Source: an uncultured virus (IMG/VR IMGVR_UViG_3300036769_000405)
Taxonomy: Duplodnaviria > Heunggongvirae > Uroviricota > Caudoviricetes
Length of the DNA stretch: 60,686 nt
IMG/VR virus record: IMGVR_UViG_3300036769_000405
Reading direction: 5' to 3' (one strand)
Part shown: piece by piece, positions 10,001 through 18,363 of the stretch
Layout of the letters: every line of letters starts with the position of its first letter
How positions within the stretch are numbered: position 1 is the stretch's first letter
Notes under the pieces: generated by a model
What the model saw: the letters and a program-made list of their open reading frames with translations, nothing else
Told to the model about the DNA's origin: nothing
Databases searched by the model: none
Translations under genes and position numbers: made by a program

Positions 10001-12790
10001 ACAACTTACTTCGATACTGGTTATGTTACAGTAGCTATGTTAGACGATGCTGCTAAGAAAGGTCACTTAGGTATATACAGAACCGAAAGTGGTTCCTATG
10101 GTTTAATTGATCTTAATTCTGATGGTACATTCACACGTGAGTCAAAATATACTGGATACTCTGTACCTAATGGATATTTCGATACAATATCATTTGGAAC
10201 ATCGACTACTTTAACAACAGGAACTGTAATGCCTAAAGCTTCTACAATGAACAGTAAGAGCATTGCTAGTAAATCCTACGAAGTTGTTTTCACAGCTACT
10301 CAAAGTTCTGGACTAGCTTATGATGTTAAATACTCTCAGAATACCGAGCATAAGTGTTCTAAGGGTACAAGTGATGATTGGAATAGTGAAACTGTTTCAG
10401 TTATTACATTTAATGAGACAACTTACAATCAGGTATTTGAAGACTCAATATCACTTGATGATGAGTTCACAATTTACTGGGATAATTATACTCAATTAAA
10501 TTTGAATGAATCAAATACTCGTTCCTATACCGAAACCAGCAAAGTGCTAGGTGTTGGTTGGGATAATCTATCAAAAGACTCTCAGACGGATGTTCCGTGT
10601 TATTCCGATTGGAATACTGTAAAAACCAATACTTACTGGCAAACTGTTGATTACTCGTCCACTACAAATGCAGGAAGTGTTACTGATACAACGAAATGGA
10701 TATATAATAAGTATGTTATTTTCAATGTAGATATGTATGCTTTCACAACAGGTTCATCGTATGTCTATGATGAATCTCTTGGTGATCAACAAGGTAGTTA
10801 TGTTTGGGACCCTACAACACCTGCTTATGATGCAAATGGTAATCCGAACAATATAGTTTATATTCCTGCTGGTCAGAAAGTTTACTTAGGGTACTATGTA
10901 GTTAATGGATCACAAGGTGATGATAAAGGTCACTTTGTTGATTATGGATACAATTATGGAAGTACAAATGATCCTAACACTGATTATTATACTTATCATT
11001 TTTGGTGTCCTTTATCTAATGGTGAAGCAGATGATATTGGAACTGTACAATTTGTTGTTAATGCTATTAATTCGGTGTCGACTGATAAAGCTGGCGGTAC
11101 ATCAAATGGTAATAAACGATTGATGCAAACTTATACGGGTAGTGGTACTAGTAGAGTTTACTCTAAAACAACCGTAATAGCTTTACAGAGATACGACGGT
11201 ACAAGTAAAATAACAGATGAATGGGGTAATGCGGTTGTAAATGCTGTAGGTTTAAATGCAACTAATAATGTTAAAACTATTAGTGGAGCAGCAGCTAACT
11301 ATGGGTCTCTTACGATAAATTATAAGGATTCTTATGGTCGTTATGAAAATGCTATTAACTCAACTTCATTCTCTATTGTCGGCAGAGTTGGTGCTTTGAC
11401 CATTGTAGATAGTGGTGACCCTCGTTATCAGGATTCTTTCAAAGTATCTGATGCTTCCAGTCCATATGCTATTTCACCTATAGTTAGACTTATCACTAAG
11501 TATTCTAACATTAAGAATGAAAATGGAAGTCAGTATAGATATCTTACAGATATCACTGATGTTCGTGGAAGAAATCTTGAAGTTGAGAATTCATCAACTG
11601 GTTATGTAGTCGCTAAGAACGGTGATACCTACGGTGATAATATCTGGTATCAGGAAAACATTACAACAGCTTCTAACTATGCTTTAAGATTCATTCTACC
11701 TGCGGGCTCTGATTTCAATATTCATTCTGAACTTACAGATACTTTAACAACATCTAAGATCGGGTATGAACTCTATTGTTCATTGGAGACAATAGGTAAT
11801 TACTATGGCTCATCTGGTACAAGAACCACAACTGACTCTACTGCTTATGTTAACAACAATTTGGATTATGGACAAACTAAGTTACAAATACACCCTATGT
11901 ACATTGCAGTTGATAGTAAAGGTAACTTCCAAGCAGTTGATGTTTATATGCGTAAAGGTACATCTTATTATCTTATTAACGCAGGTAGTGCTTACGCTTC
12001 TAGTTCTGCAGAATCTTCATCAACAGCCAATGTAAATTCAACTAAGAATGGTAAGGGTTCTCCTTATTACTTAGAGGATGCTTTTGATGCCACATACACT
12101 TCAAGTATAGATACCAATACTGCTGGTGTAATTGGTAATACTTTCAGTCTTGATCAGAATATGTTACGTCGGTTGGTTACAGATTCTGAAGCACAAACTA
12201 CTTATAATGTTTTACAAGCAGCAAGTAATTATGCAGGTAATTCAGCTGTTAGTAAAGGTATTACTACTAGTTTGTTGAACTCTAATACTTATGGTACAGA
12301 TGGTATTGGTGGTGAAGGACTTGACTACTCATATATCTATGGTAATGCTCAAATGTTCTTCTTACGTGAGTATAATAGAACATTCATAGGTGGTACTACG
12401 CTGGCTTTGAATGAGAAAGTTCTTAATAACGATTTCGTTAAGAATATTACCACGAATGCTGAACGCTATGCACAAAAATGGTACTTTGGTATTGGCTTAC
12501 CTGCATCAGCTGTATTTGTTCCTCATGGTGAAGTTTGTAATGAAAAGAATATTTTATCCGGTAACTTCTATGTTTTATGTGTAATAGATGTTTATGCTAT
12601 CGGTGAGAAATGGGCTGTACATTATGAGTCTGAACTCTCTAAGGAAAGTATTACAATAAATGGTAAGACTTATTCTAGTAGTGTATGGAATGTATACTCA
12701 TCTACGTTTCCAGATGTAATCCCTGTTTGCATGTACGACGCAAGTCGAACAACAGCAGCAGGTGATCAGGATACACAAGGCAGTCATTAA
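4091..12790 (+). CDS. Giant secreted Ser/Thr/Tyr/Asn-rich surface protein (putative adhesin), 2,899 aa
   Basis: Signal-peptide-like N terminus (MNTFKRKLAKLLAFAMIIGCI), beta-rich composition, an acidic DxD patch and two CxxCxGTG motifs. No LPXTG or C-terminal TM anchor seen. Confidence 0.75.
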   Translation: MNTFKRKLAKLLAFAMIIGCIDLSWLDLSEPLTVIAATATDITDSYKAYADIQKVTDTTTSNLKSLLHYDTEVSTKDTTSSPSSISATTFTWNSKDVTDGIYTFNQRKIEATAQVKSGNWLNDTVYEATTGTPTTESLFVTAGGTQWIVDLQYRYISAPYVRTYTFDAVSTPNYRYYSLGDVDTSVDLFTNGTLSKVTYTAQAKVPYDISPSVYTGYSKIVGSGKVYNYAYKYFEKNTQESLDNPEEDPDYKTVDVSGINGAKGGTITFYTADGWDENNWTNKVAPVSKIISSNDYSTGSTDYVTPDVAQAILVKQHAFDAILEIMDMWEEQCDNYRADQGVYDTDPDASDTDELDSDNDDSRPDELSFMYTYSGLARHTTIYESAPGVYTPATHGDTTVSSDFWNPVFVSYLYDWNSYYEHNDMDKTYGSTHAQLGYVKDVGAWDKSVFYNNVTEQVNESVARGTEVNATQITGIFALDPRDSAISLNYSGAYDTWDDTTLGNFKFASIIAQSAGSNVCIALSDYSKVYAISDGLTNNGYSKMEISDDASLVGNLTNINYNFHDYGFVEEAYLYYRSIYSIMLNYGSLFYYDEAKALFAGAPGFPILSSASDINAYNAAVNKNLAALFGHGNENQILCRVSIPFAIFPIGGDLDGEMEDSTSGQSSNMSVTVTDFIVPASVEPSYMYLVTMYVTIGGYKNNMTEDSPGTKTYATTRHADGTTKNSAGTSSYDECVASYNESGALPTDYTDCISYAAKKCSVCNGTGSHSTGLTTDWTGVPGAWTDSCGSTSTAQIPPTTSHTCVNCTGTGEEPNSNHDPTTHTHYIQGKNAVETSGVSDNNHEDRIYKETCEITSTHGVVKSTNMWTESPRTMSASTSFKQLFENVQWLDITGYKLWQINNMTVKGLGNILYFPVSASNYNAKSTSASAIVSQAVTQMGYECYNINDNDILNIIDTNTHYSGNSTTFTTCSTVSGLQTHGRVANSFYTGSSGNLTTKYKQKLRINTSAIRPKINSTIYYYRTSDVPYLSLGSYVNSSYSAFKLSSIDDNDNVHFKYYATRQGGRSHTTFYGFVNQALALTLYYASPKYESVTSYSSSYNKIGYGNSLLIQGDYLTIDTVDDNYITLAGDYYNTWLENAGAVQTSSNATSGKYALMPDGFNRLSIYASTCRWIPARLSVILARSPKQSVYGTDVISNDTDCFIIHTYCRGINTNTHTVWDSLGGTGAPGATTGSSSCNGSNCYMYYNVGLETDKGSVNPNRNTKTVVLTLSSNYTESPYHYHTTTSLTYDNTQVIDLAELLYENKGYYEQFKNDEGEKCTVSSDGVIHIKMNKKRLSEGMNTANTATVANTNIADNMPYIGYQSQGIDDKDISKTGTETNKQKGYTEGFTTNFDRTKAFGNYTANSGNINFTTFNPLYATPSSNILRCGVKETTDTAYPTTYDNWIKRYPYLINLNIKRYQANNLYTTGYTDVNYSKVGELAKEISYGPALRTGTGTGSNEKIVLNAHFLKTGSYDKSPTNEIVIYNPVATESARIVPLSTYLPDGGNTGTNSSNQRDYNTAYLASFLNYTRRDTRLEYKYVMDTTSTGNTEQYLTGTGIMNQSSKSTSQIIYTMKEASSTNTTAYTMSDYTVSVSSNNTWSHDNNSDWNDVYVVEKSGLYDMCKVFTDDNFASVSIYLNTGDIIKFSKSAHAVLYKPTNDYLLTWSAFTEAYKTLQKTTTDTRISSWTEDQISTGLPLYKGMSMIIGADNWQLKSGTMYKLSLTVSNTYEAGYKGIADALSIGNINDITVYSETSITDKKANTTTYNWYLEANSDVVLTGIPITVNKDCFLWSGITFETQEVVLFNLSENGTTWSGDVSSYDFFYNKSVSYSDLQSKSQTFYNTKLVDVRGSKVVAGSVLTAQGFYLGLRDQTVSISLKSSALNNPHKVPNTYWKYYVLGWETTEGQIIKSINDDVLNDPECRLKVPSDTTYFDTGYVTVAMLDDAAKKGHLGIYRTESGSYGLIDLNSDGTFTRESKYTGYSVPNGYFDTISFGTSTTLTTGTVMPKASTMNSKSIASKSYEVVFTATQSSGLAYDVKYSQNTEHKCSKGTSDDWNSETVSVITFNETTYNQVFEDSISLDDEFTIYWDNYTQLNLNESNTRSYTETSKVLGVGWDNLSKDSQTDVPCYSDWNTVKTNTYWQTVDYSSTTNAGSVTDTTKWIYNKYVIFNVDMYAFTTGSSYVYDESLGDQQGSYVWDPTTPAYDANGNPNNIVYIPAGQKVYLGYYVVNGSQGDDKGHFVDYGYNYGSTNDPNTDYYTYHFWCPLSNGEADDIGTVQFVVNAINSVSTDKAGGTSNGNKRLMQTYTGSGTSRVYSKTTVIALQRYDGTSKITDEWGNAVVNAVGLNATNNVKTISGAAANYGSLTINYKDSYGRYENAINSTSFSIVGRVGALTIVDSGDPRYQDSFKVSDASSPYAISPIVRLITKYSNIKNENGSQYRYLTDITDVRGRNLEVENSSTGYVVAKNGDTYGDNIWYQENITTASNYALRFILPAGSDFNIHSELTDTLTTSKIGYELYCSLETIGNYYGSSGTRTTTDSTAYVNNNLDYGQTKLQIHPMYIAVDSKGNFQAVDVYMRKGTSYYLINAGSAYASSSAESSSTANVNSTKNGKGSPYYLEDAFDATYTSSIDTNTAGVIGNTFSLDQNMLRRLVTDSEAQTTYNVLQAASNYAGNSAVSKGITTSLLNSNTYGTDGIGGEGLDYSYIYGNAQMFFLREYNRTFIGGTTLALNEKVLNNDFVKNITTNAERYAQKWYFGIGLPASAVFVPHGEVCNEKNILSGNFYVLCVIDVYAIGEKWAVHYESELSKESITINGKTYSSSVWNVYSSTFPDVIPVCMYDASRTTAAGDQDTQGSH

Positions 12791-12797
12791 ACTGCAT

Positions 12798-12831
12798 AAC
12801 TCCATTGGGTGTCACAGCCTAATGGAGTTTT
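12798..12831 (+). terminator. Rho-independent terminator after the giant ORF
   Basis: Inverted repeat AACTCCATTGGG...CCTAATGGAGTT followed by a T-run, 7 nt after the stop codon. Confidence 0.7.
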
Positions 12832-12915
12832 CTAATGGAATAAAATTTCCATTATTGATTTAAGTCACTATATCAACCTAGAAAGAATAATTATTTTTAT
12901 TAGGAGGTTTTTGAA

Positions 12916-13254
12916 ATGAAGGATTTTGTAACATGTGGAAGTTTAAAGATTGGTAACGGTTTTTCTGATATTGTATGTGATCCTGCTACTGGTGATTTGA
13001 TTTTTTGTGATGATATCAATGGTAACTGTGTGATGTCTAATATGTCTATCACAGACCCTATCAATACCGAGTATAGTCCAGCCGTAGACAAGATCATTGA
13101 ATCTACAGGAGCAGATGGTGTTATTATGTCAGAGACTTATCTGATTATCCTCAAAGACTTCGAGGCTGAGTATAGAGATTACACAGACCCTATGCAAGTG
13201 CTTCATAAGGTATCTTTTGATATAGATATCGTATATGAGGGTGAGATTGAGTAA
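12916..13254 (+). CDS. Hypothetical acidic protein, first gene of the RNAP cluster
   Basis: TAGGAGG RBS; 112 aa; no motif recognised. Confidence 0.7.
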   Translation: MKDFVTCGSLKIGNGFSDIVCDPATGDLIFCDDINGNCVMSNMSITDPINTEYSPAVDKIIESTGADGVIMSETYLIILKDFEAEYRDYTDPMQVLHKVSFDIDIVYEGEIE

Positions 13255-13268
13255 GGAGCTTTTAAAGC

Positions 13269-16200
13269 ATGTTTAAATATGAAGACGGAATTTTAAAAAT
13301 TCAAAAGGTTGATGTTCCTAAAATCAATGTTAATGTTATGACAGACTTGCAGGAATCCTATCAGAAGTATATTAGTGAAACTATACATCTTGATATGGAA
13401 TATTTGGCAGATGAACTGAAAAATCATGTCGGTCTTGAAGATGTAGATCTTGTTATTAAGGTAGAACCTTTGAAAGTAACTACATATGACCGATCACAAA
13501 CAAAGAATGGTCAGTGTTACTATCCTGTGCTTGGTTACTTTACAAGACGTGGACTTAAGGTTACTGATGAAGTTGAGATTCTACGTATACCTTACATGGA
13601 CGACTACGGTAAGATCAACGTTAATGGTGCAAGTAAAGTTGTACTGTCTATTCAGAGGTCAGCTGAAGATATTTCCTACACAATGAAGACAGATACTTTC
13701 AACATTGCTATGCCTTATGCTAATGTACGTATTATTGGTTCTAATAAGGCTATTAAGATGCAATATGGTCAGCACAGATATAAGATTGAAGAAATTATTG
13801 AAGCAATGCTCTGGGCAGCAGGTGATAAAACTTCACTGAGTGATATTTTCACAAACACACGACTTATCAATGCAATGGTTCTTGATTCAAGAATTGATTA
13901 TCAGTATGTTTATGAGAAAGTCGTGAACGAAACAAGAAGTAGTAACGCACCTGATACAGATCTTATTAGCAGGCTGAAGAGTAACCAATATAAGCTTGGT
14001 CCTACACGAAACGCTTTGAATGAGAATCTCAATCTGGGTCGTGCTATTGGTAAAACCCTATCAAGAGATGTTCTTTCTTATAAAGCTGGAACTCTTGTTA
14101 CACAGGATATAGTAACTGATTTAATACGAAATCAGGTGAATATTATTCATGTGCAGAATGATATGATTCCGGCTGGTTACTATCTTGCTCAAGAATATCC
14201 AATCATTATCACAACTATTCCTAAAGGAACAAAGAACTGTGAATTACTTAGAATGAAGTTTCCTGAGTATGCTGGTGAATTACACATTCCTGTTGATATT
14301 GAATTAGAACAAGAAAATGCAATCATAATATCTAGCAACCAGGAATTGAAAGCTGAGCAAATTGAGTTGTTAATTAATGGCGGTTACACAAGTTTAAACG
14401 TACATGCTTACAACTCTACAAAGGTTATTAAGTTTTCTTTTGAGCGTGAAATTGTTGGTAACTATACAGCACGGCTTGGTCAACTTACAACAAACATACC
14501 TGCCAGTAGAAGTGCTGATGAGTGGGTCTATTATTATAATAACCCTACACTTGAGTCTAATAACCCTGAGTTCTTAACTTGCCATGATCTCATTGCCATT
14601 GTATCTATCATGGGTGAGATTCTATTGACAAGACAATCAGTACTCCTTGATAGAGATACATCTTATTTAAAGAAAGTACTTATGATAAATGAGATTTTCT
14701 CCGAGACACTTCGTGCAACTATTAGAGAGTTTGTTAGTGCACATCACGTACAAGTTGAGAAGTTTATACAGAACTCGACATCGATGAATCCATTTTTCGG
14801 GTTAACAAAGAAATGGATGTCTCAGATGAACAAGGAGCGTTATCTTGCTCCAGCAGATACAATTAATTTGAGTGCAGAAGTTTCTCAGGTTTGTCACGTG
14901 TCCACGATACTTCCAAGTACTTCTGAAGTTGTGGATGAGCAGAGACATTTGGCAATGCCTTTTTATGGACGTATATGTCCGTATGAAACACCAGCAGGTA
15001 AAAAGCTTGGTATTGTTAATACTAAAGCAATTGGAGCAAGAGTAAAAGACGGTATTCTCTATGCTCCTTACAGAAAAGTAATTCCTACAGCAAATGGAAT
15101 CCGTATTTCAGACAAGATCACTTGGTTATCTGTAAAGGATGAATTAGGGTGTCGTTTTGGAGATATTTTATCTCTCAAAACTGATGCAAATGGTAACTAT
15201 GTTAACAATTACATCCTTGCTAGAATTCCTAATCCTGATATTTCTGATGAACCTTTTATCTTTAAGAATATCAGAGCATTTGATTTAGCAGGTGGTTATG
15301 TTAGTGCTGTTCCAGAACAGTTCTTATCACCAACTGCAGCTTTAATTCCTTTTGCTTGTAATGATGATCCAGTTCGTATCTCATATGGATTATCTCAGTT
15401 GCGCCAGGCAATCTACAATGTTAATTCTCAGAGACCTCGTGTTGTAACTTCTATGTATAGAGATATGTTTACATACTCTGATACTGTTAAGTATACCTCA
15501 TCGTGTGAGGGTACTGTTATTGAAATAAACAACATGGAAGCCAAAATAAGAGGTATTGAGGGAATTACTCACACTGTTCACATGCAGGGATCTGGTCACA
15601 TTGGTAGACTCGATTCAACTATTGAGTTGCATGTCAAGGTTGGTGATATGGTACACGATGGAGATTGCATTGCAGAAGCTCACAAATATCCCCAACCTTT
15701 TGTTGTACGAGCACCCTATGACGGAGTTGTTACAGCTATTGATGATCGGGCTATCACTATTGATAAAAGTGGTATGAACTCACAATGGATTAATATGGAT
15801 TCTACTGATACAGTAGCAATTCAAAATGGTCGTATTGCTGGACAGTCTGCTGTTTTTCTTAACCTGCATGTAAGCGTAGGTGATCATGTAAAGAAAGGTC
15901 AGATATTAGCAGATACCTGTGCATCCCGTGATGGTTTTTATTCACCATCTAGAAACCCATTGGTAGCCTACAGCTGTTACGGCTACAACTATGAAGATGG
16001 CGTCTGTGCTTTTGAGCGAGCATCTATTGGTTACACCAGTATTATTGCACATAAGCTTACAGAAGTTGTTAGTAAGAGACACTATCCTTATTCAAGGGCC
16101 TATATTACCAGTGGTTTTAAGTACTGCGGACCTGGAGATATAATTGGGCGTGTAGTCTCTAGAGAGAACATCAAAGATGAGCATGGTAATAAGAAACCTA

Positions 16201-17306
16201 TTAGGGCTACAAATAAAGTTCATGGCATTCCGATTGAAGTAAATACTCTTGACGATACACCGCGTTCTAAGACTTATGGTTTCTACGTGCTCGGCTTTAA
16301 TAAGTTAAAAGCTGGAGATAAAATGTCTGGACGCCATGGTAATAAAGGTGTTGTTTCAAAAGTACTTCCTGACTCTAAGGCTCCACAGCTTATGAATGGA
16401 AGGACTGTTGAGATTATTTTAAATCCTTGTGGTGTGCCTTCTAGAATGAATGTAGGGCAGATTAATGATACACACTTAGGTCTTGTAGCTGAGGTACTGA
16501 ATGTTTATATTGAATCGGATGCCTTTAATGGAGCAACAACAGAGGACATTAAATACCTTATGCGATATACGTGGACTTTGGCTAACACACCACAAATTGG
16601 TGACAATATCACTCATATCTACAACAAATCTGTCTTTGATCAGGTGTGTAATGCTTTTGATAAGTTACCGAAAGCATTTCATGAAGATGTTTGGAACAAC
16701 ATCGAAAACATTATTGATTGGCGTGACGTATTTGATCCAGATGGTTCTGCTACATTATATGATCCTGAAACAGATACATTCTTTGATGGTAAATGTACAA
16801 TTGGCTTCCCTATGTATAATAAACTTATGCAGGAAGCTGATGAGAAAATTAATTCTCGTGCAGGTATGCTTGAAGAGGACTATGCCAGAACATCATCTCA
16901 GCCTCAGAAAGGAGCAAGTTCTGCAAAAGGTCAACGTATGGCAGAAATGGAGTTAATGGCTCTAGCTGCTATGGGTTGTAGTAACTTTATTGATGAGATT
17001 CTTAATGAAAAGAGTGATAATACAGGAAGACGTACAAACGCCCATTTAAAGCAATTAGGGCTTGATGAACGTGTTGAGGATGATAGCTGTTACTCTAGGA
17101 GTGTTGAGAATCTTATATACTTGTTGGAGGGTTGTGGTGTTAAAGTCGATCTTCCAAAAGAGATTGTAGATGTATCTTATGCAACCTCTAAACGCAAATA
17201 TAGTTTGGATTTGCAGAAAGTTGTTAAAGAACAGCTTAAGTTCGAAGGAACTGCAAAAACAAATATAACAGACACAGCAACTTCATTTTATAATATCGAG
17301 GATTAG
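13269..17306 (+). CDS. rpoB: Divergent DNA-directed RNA polymerase beta subunit
   Basis: Motifs in the expected order: IPYMDDYGKINVNG, YGRICPYETPAG, GYNYEDG, GDKMSGRHGNKGVV, LNPCGVPSRMNVGQ, GQRMAEMELMAL, EKSD. Confidence 0.95.
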   Translation: MFKYEDGILKIQKVDVPKINVNVMTDLQESYQKYISETIHLDMEYLADELKNHVGLEDVDLVIKVEPLKVTTYDRSQTKNGQCYYPVLGYFTRRGLKVTDEVEILRIPYMDDYGKINVNGASKVVLSIQRSAEDISYTMKTDTFNIAMPYANVRIIGSNKAIKMQYGQHRYKIEEIIEAMLWAAGDKTSLSDIFTNTRLINAMVLDSRIDYQYVYEKVVNETRSSNAPDTDLISRLKSNQYKLGPTRNALNENLNLGRAIGKTLSRDVLSYKAGTLVTQDIVTDLIRNQVNIIHVQNDMIPAGYYLAQEYPIIITTIPKGTKNCELLRMKFPEYAGELHIPVDIELEQENAIIISSNQELKAEQIELLINGGYTSLNVHAYNSTKVIKFSFEREIVGNYTARLGQLTTNIPASRSADEWVYYYNNPTLESNNPEFLTCHDLIAIVSIMGEILLTRQSVLLDRDTSYLKKVLMINEIFSETLRATIREFVSAHHVQVEKFIQNSTSMNPFFGLTKKWMSQMNKERYLAPADTINLSAEVSQVCHVSTILPSTSEVVDEQRHLAMPFYGRICPYETPAGKKLGIVNTKAIGARVKDGILYAPYRKVIPTANGIRISDKITWLSVKDELGCRFGDILSLKTDANGNYVNNYILARIPNPDISDEPFIFKNIRAFDLAGGYVSAVPEQFLSPTAALIPFACNDDPVRISYGLSQLRQAIYNVNSQRPRVVTSMYRDMFTYSDTVKYTSSCEGTVIEINNMEAKIRGIEGITHTVHMQGSGHIGRLDSTIELHVKVGDMVHDGDCIAEAHKYPQPFVVRAPYDGVVTAIDDRAITIDKSGMNSQWINMDSTDTVAIQNGRIAGQSAVFLNLHVSVGDHVKKGQILADTCASRDGFYSPSRNPLVAYSCYGYNYEDGVCAFERASIGYTSIIAHKLTEVVSKRHYPYSRAYITSGFKYCGPGDIIGRVVSRENIKDEHGNKKPIRATNKVHGIPIEVNTLDDTPRSKTYGFYVLGFNKLKAGDKMSGRHGNKGVVSKVLPDSKAPQLMNGRTVEIILNPCGVPSRMNVGQINDTHLGLVAEVLNVYIESDAFNGATTEDIKYLMRYTWTLANTPQIGDNITHIYNKSVFDQVCNAFDKLPKAFHEDVWNNIENIIDWRDVFDPDGSATLYDPETDTFFDGKCTIGFPMYNKLMQEADEKINSRAGMLEEDYARTSSQPQKGASSAKGQRMAEMELMALAAMGCSNFIDEILNEKSDNTGRRTNAHLKQLGLDERVEDDSCYSRSVENLIYLLEGCGVKVDLPKEIVDVSYATSKRKYSLDLQKVVKEQLKFEGTAKTNITDTATSFYNIED

Positions 17307-17308
17307 AA

Positions 17309-17824
17309 ATGAAGAAAAAGAAAATAATAACAATTACAACAAAACTGTTTCAGTTAAAGATTTTCTGGAATGGTATGTATGTTTCGTTACAAATAGGAGT
17401 CCTTATTGGACTCCTAGCTATACGACTCTTCTCTCAACAGGAGACTGTACACAGATTTTGTTTGTTGGCTTTAATTATCGATATTCTTGCAATATTCATT
17501 GGATCTTTAAGTAGGGCTTCCATTAAATCAGAAGATGGTGTTTTACTCAATACATCTACACAAACTTCTGATTATCAAGAAAAGGAAACAATGGATGTTG
17601 AAGTTAAACATATGAAAAGTGCAGAAAAGTCAAATACTAAAAGTAAGACAGTTACAACAAGTAATGCTGTGATTCACAACAAAGTTGGAGCACCTGTAAC
17701 CACACCGGAATCTGCTAAAGAAGAAATTAATTCTGAACCGCAGAAAACAGAGGAGAAAAGTATGAAACCTGTAGAAGAGTTTACAGAAGAAGATTGGGAA
17801 AATTTATTTAACGGAGATATGTAA
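17309..17824 (+). CDS. Membrane protein with two TM helices and a charged tail
   Basis: Two hydrophobic segments followed by a K/E/T-rich low-complexity C terminus. Confidence 0.7.
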   Translation: MKKKKIITITTKLFQLKIFWNGMYVSLQIGVLIGLLAIRLFSQQETVHRFCLLALIIDILAIFIGSLSRASIKSEDGVLLNTSTQTSDYQEKETMDVEVKHMKSAEKSNTKSKTVTTSNAVIHNKVGAPVTTPESAKEEINSEPQKTEEKSMKPVEEFTEEDWENLFNGDM

Positions 17825-17826
17825 TT

Positions 17827-18363
17827 ATGCAAGGAAAAGTACATGTTGCTATAGGTGTAGCTTCAACATTCTTTTTAGTTTGTAAGTACCCTACTGGCTT
17901 AGAATTATTTGGTACTACAGTTTTACCTGAAATCGCATTGTTGACAGCAGCTGCTGGTAGTTATGCTCCGGATGTTGATTTAGGCAGAACTCATGAGGGT
18001 CAAAAACACAAGATTACAAACAAGGTAGTCAGTAAGGTTGGAGGAGGTCATAGAGGTATCACCCATACTTTATTAGTACCTGCTATTGTAGCAGTTATTA
18101 TGTTCCTAATATCTTATTTCTTGTCACCATATAAGTATATTGCTATGGTGCTTATGAGTTTGGTGTTTGGTTATGAAGTAGGATATTGTATGCACATCTT
18201 TGCTGACTTATTTAATGGTAAAGGTGTTCCACTGTTCTGGCCTATTATGAAAGGTAAAGTCCATATTATGGACTTACCGTCTAGCGGTGTTATTCCATGG
18301 ATATTTACCGCAGTGTTTGTAGCCATTATGGCTGCAATAATTTATGGAGGATTGTTAGGATGA
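17827..18363 (+). CDS. YdjM-like membrane-bound metal-dependent hydrolase
   Basis: Motifs H(6), APDVD, GHRGITHTL and MHIFADLFNGKGVPLFWP, with several TM helices. Confidence 0.85.
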   Translation: MQGKVHVAIGVASTFFLVCKYPTGLELFGTTVLPEIALLTAAAGSYAPDVDLGRTHEGQKHKITNKVVSKVGGGHRGITHTLLVPAIVAVIMFLISYFLSPYKYIAMVLMSLVFGYEVGYCMHIFADLFNGKGVPLFWPIMKGKVHIMDLPSSGVIPWIFTAVFVAIMAAIIYGGLLG

